Source: the human T2T-CHM13v2.0 reference genome, Homo sapiens. Taken from it: DNA of 64,000 nt. A program made the position numbers and the translations under genes. The stretch lies in NCBI RefSeq assembly GCF_009914755.1, contig NC_060928.1; one strand, given 5' to 3'. The notes beneath the pieces are model-generated. The model had not been told where the DNA came from. It was given only the letters and a program-made list of their open reading frames with translations, and ran no database searches. Shown one piece after another: positions 59,212 through 64,000 of the stretch. The stretch's first letter is position 1; the number at the start of each line of letters is the position of its first letter.

Positions 59212-61599
59212 TAGGTATACCTCCTTGTACTGCATTTCATTTTATTGGACTTCAAACATATTGTGGATTTTACAAAATAATGGTTTGTGCAACCCTGCAT
59301 TGGGCAAGTCTATTTGGTGCAATTTTTCAAATAGCATGTGCTCACTTTGTGTCTCAGTATCACATTTTAGTAATTCTCACAATATTTCAAACTTTATCAT
59401 TATTATTGTATCTGTTATGGTGATCTGTGATCTTTGATGTTACTATTTTAACTGCTTTGGGCCACCACAAATCACAAACACAGAAGATGGCAAGCTTAAC
59501 TGATAAATGTTGCATGTGTTCTGACTGCTCCAACCACCAGCCAATCCCTATCTCTCTCCCTCTCCTCAGACCTCCCTATTCCCTAAGACAAAACAACATT
59601 GAAATTTGTCCAATTAATAACCCCACAATGGCCTCTAAGTGTTGGAGTGAAAAGAAGAGTCACACATTACTCACTTTAAATCAAAAGTTGGAAATAATTA
59701 AGCTTAGTGAGGAAGGAATGATGAAGGCCAAGATAGGCCAAAAGCTAGGATTCTTGTGCCAGTTAACCAAGTTAAAAAAGGAAAAGAAAAGTTCTTGAAG
59801 GAAATTAAATGTGCTACTCCAGTGAACACATGAATAATAGGAACAAGAAAGAGCCTTACTGCTAATATGGACAAAGGTTTGGTGTTCTGCACAGAAGATC
59901 AAACCAGCCACAATATTCCCTTAAGCCAAAGCCTAATTCAGTGCAAAGTCCTCTCTTCAATTCTATGAAGGCTGAGAGAGGTGAAGAAGCTTCAGAAGAA
60001 AAGTTTGAAGCTAGCAGAGGTTATTTCATGAGGTTTAAGGAAAGAAGCTGTCTCCATAAAAGTACAAGATGAAGCAGCAAGTGCTGATGGAGAAGTTACA
60101 GCAAGTTATCTAGAAGATCTAACTAAGATCACTGATGAAGGTGGCTACACTAAACAACAGATTTTCAATTGAGATGAAATAACTCTCTACTGGAAGAAGA
60201 AGCCATGTAGTACTTTCCTAGCTAGAAACGATAAGTCAATACCTGGCTTCCAAACTTCAAAGGATAGGCTGACTCAGCATGTTAGGAGCCAATGCTACTG
60301 GTGACTTCCAAGTGGAACAATGATCACTTATCATTCCAAAAATTGTAGGGCCCTTAAGAAATAAGCTAAATCTACTCTGGCTTGTGCAGTACAAACAGAA
60401 CAGAGCCTTGATGAAAGCACATCTATTTAACAACATGGTTTGCCGAATATTTTAAGTCCACTGTTGAGACTGTAGCTCAGAATAAAAGATTCCGTTCAAA
60501 ATACTACTCATTGCTCACTGACATTGCTCATTGCACCTGGTCACCCAAGAGCTCTGATGGAGATATACCAGAAGACTCATGTTGTTTTCATGCCTGCTAC
60601 CACCACATCCATTCAGCAGGCCATGGATTGAGAAGCCCTTTTGACTTTCAAATCTTATTATTTAAGAAATATATTTCATAAAGGTATAGCTGTCATAGAT
60701 AGGAATTCCTCTGATAGATGTGGGCAAAGTAAATTGAAAGCCTTCTGGGAAGGATTCATCAATCTGGACGCCTTCAAAAACATTCATTATTCATGAGTGG
60801 AGATCAAAACACCAGCATTAACAGAACTCTGGAAGAAGTTGATCCCAACCCTCATGGATGTGAGGAGCTCAAGACTTCAGTGGAGGAAATCACTGCAGAT
60901 GTGATAGAAATAGCAAGAGAACTAGAAGCAGAGCCTGATAACATGATTGAATTGCTGAAATCTCAAAATAAAATTTTAATGGCTGAGGTGTTGCTTCTTA
61001 TAAAAAAGAGCAAAGAAAGTGATTTCTTTAGATGGAATCCACTTTTGGTGAAGATGCTGTGAACATCATTGAAATAATAACAAAGGATTTACAATATTAC
61101 ATACTTAGTTGACAAAGCAGCAGCAGGGTTTGAGAGAACTGCCCTCCAATTTTGAAGAATTTCTACTGTGGGTAAAACACTATTAAACAACATCACATTC
61201 TACAGAGAAATATTTCATCAAAGAATAATTGATGTAACAAACTTCATTGCTGTCTTATTTTTAAAAATTGTCACAGCCACCCCAACCTTCAGCAACTATC
61301 ACCCTGACTGGCGAGCAGTCATCAACATCGAGTCAAGACCCTCCAGCAGGAAAAAGATTAGAACAACTCACTAAAAACTCAGTTGATCATTATTAGCAAT
61401 TTTTAGCAATAAAGTATTTCTAAACTAAGGCATGTACATTTTTTAAACATGTTATTACACACTTAACAGACTACAATATTGTATAAACATAACTTATATG
61501 CACTAGGAAAACAAAAATGTGTGTGACTCACTTTATTGTAATATTTGTTTTATTGTGATGGTCTGGAACCGAATCCACAACATCTCCAAGATATGCCTG
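59212..61599 (+). mobile_element. Tigger1, essentially full length (about 2.39 kb), transposase disabled
   Basis: Both TIRs (taggtatacctc...aagatatgcctg); ORF 59427-59798 contains MASKCWSEKKSHTLLTLNQKLEIIKLSEEGMMKAKIGQKLG; later frameshifts. Confidence 0.95.
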
Positions 61600-62583
61600 T
61601 GATTGCAATCATTATTTCGGAGGTGGCCACTAGAACTCCTTTGAGTTGGTTCTTTTTTACATAATTCCTCAGTTTTTCACCACTTCCTTGTTTTCTGGCT
61701 TGCTGTGTGTTTTCCTAAGAACTGGGATCATCTATTTTTCTAAGACATCTTGAATTCTTTCAATGGGGAGCCATATTTAGCAACCAAGATGCATGTAACC
61801 ATTGCTACTGAGATTGTCCATGCTTCTTATATTTTCTGGTAGACAGAACAGGGTGGGGGGAGAGATATTTCTTTATTTACTCATGGATTCATACCAATAT
61901 TTCCAATTAATCTGATGTAAAATATTTTTCTTAGTTCCTTTTATTCTATATTTGTCTTTATTCTCTTACAGTGATATATTTTAGTTCCTAATAATATTAA
62001 TAGGTTAACTTAAAAGTCCCTATCCTATAAGATAAATAAAATAATTTTAAGTTTACCACAAACAATAGACCTACTGAGCTAAGTAAATGAGATCATACTA
62101 CACAGATCATTCTATAGTTTCATGAATAATGTGGGATATTTTGCCATACCTGGTCACAAAGATCTTATTCTTTTTAATCAGCTTGCTAATATTCTAAAAT
62201 ACAGATGTACCATTTCCCTACTGGTGAACATTCAGATTATTCCAACTATTTTGTTGGAATATTATTATTTGGTATTATAAATAATGCTAAAATTAACATA
62301 CTTGTACATATATCTTTATGCATATTTCTATGAAAACTAATTTGTGTACACTCTTTGAATTATTTGTACTTATTCATAACCCATTTTTTCAATTTTATTA
62401 ATTTTTAGAAGGTCTTTATTATGTTTGTTAAAACTTTGCTATATGTTACAAATATTTTTCTACTAGATAGTCTGATCTTGTTAAAATGTTTTCTCTCACA
62501 GAATTCCATTGTAATAGAGTCAAATCTGTTTCCCTTTTTAGATATATGGCTCTTTATAGGGAAAAAAAAAAAAAGCTTTTTGA

Positions 62584-62889
62584 GGCTGGGCGTGGTGGCT
62601 AACACCTGTAATCCCAGCTCTTTGGGAGGCTGAGGTGAAGGATCACTTGAGCCCAGGAGTCCAAGACCAGCCTAGGGAACATGAAAAACCCAGTCTCTAC
62701 AAAAAGTACAAAAATTAGTTGGAAACAGTGGCACACATAGTCCCAGCTACTCACAAGGCTAAGGTGGGAAGATTGCTTGAGCCTGGGAGGTCAAGGCTGC
62801 AATGAGCCATGATCATGCCACTGCACTCCAGCCTGGGCAACAAAGTGAGACCCTGTCTCCAAAAAACAAAAACAAAAAACAAAAAAAAA
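62584..62889 (+). mobile_element. AluJ inside an old antisense L1
   Basis: Dimeric Alu with AluJ diagnostics. Confidence 0.92.
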
Positions 62890-63825
62890 CCCTTTCTGTG
62901 TTGTGTGTGTGTGTGCACACACACACTTGCATGTGTATACAATTTCCTTCTCAGTTTTTATTTATTTGGACCCTATTCCTGTATCACTAGAATGGTGTTT
63001 TAATTACTACACCACTACAGTATAGCAAGCAATACAGTACAATATAACAATACTGGTCTTTATTTTTAAATTTTACACTGGATAGTTTCATTAACATACT
63101 CTACAACATATATTTGACAATCAGATTGTCAAACTTCCCGAACTTCTCAAAAGATAAAACAGCTATTTTGACTAGAATTGCTATTAATTTTACAGACTAG
63201 AACTTTGAATAGAGTCTACATTCAACACTATTTGGTTTTTCATTCTGAAAAATAGCTCTCTCTTCATTTGTTTGATCCTAGAATGAAGTGTTGTTATTTT
63301 CTTCATACAAATCCTATTCATTTTTTAAAATTTATTACTACTTATTTTATGGTTTTACAGCCTTATGATTGGGTTCCAACATCCATTCTACATAAATTTC
63401 TAACAACTATGTATAGAGGATTTTTTTTTCTTAAAATGATAAATATCAAATATACAAAATGAAAAATCAAGATTCTTATTAAAGAAAAAGTAACCATCAG
63501 CCTTTGCCTTTAAAAGAGATTATAGATAAAGCAAGAATATGACCCTTTTTGCAGTTCAAATGCACAGTATCTACTTGAGGGGAAAAAGAGAAGCTCAGAT
63601 ATGGCAAAGTGCACCATTTTTTATAATTACTTGGCTACACATACAAGGGGAAAAAGGGACAAGTAAACATACTAACAATATTGTAAAAGCTCCACAAAAA
63701 GGGAAAATCAACTGCAGAACAACTTACATGTGGCACATTATTCATATAAAATAAATCCACTCACATGGTAATTTTTTAAATTATTAAATGCTCAGACACA
63801 AATTTTCCTCAGAACACAACATTTA

Positions 63826-64000
<175 letters not shown>

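Noticed and set aside
59427-59798. 123-aa ORF with a Tigger transposase N-terminus (TIGD1-like)
   Set aside because: Part of a decayed Tigger1 copy with downstream frameshifts and stops; not a domesticated gene.
62905-62926. (GT)n(AC)n 22-bp palindrome
   Set aside because: Common microsatellite configuration.

Overview
AT-rich, CpG-depleted primate (human-like) genomic DNA. There is no CpG island and no convincing protein-coding ORF; nearly all listed ORFs are translations of Alu, L1 or Tigger1 repeats. The window holds about 30 Alus (24 plus, 6 minus), three Tigger1 copies, many old L1 fragments, solo LTRs (MER31, THE1, LTR40, MLT1) and DNA-transposon MITEs. Between the repeats are transposon-poor unique blocks (about 19.05-21.3, 25.8-30.6, 47.9-49.9 and 56.4-57.2 kb). 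These carry minus-strand splice-site pairs and AATAAA signals, consistent with the middle and 3' part of a multi-exon, alternatively spliced minus-strand transcript whose promoter lies beyond the right edge. It is most likely a lncRNA, possibly with a short or disabled ORF; I cannot name it from sequence alone. Repeat family names and boundaries come from recalled consensus sequences and are approximate.
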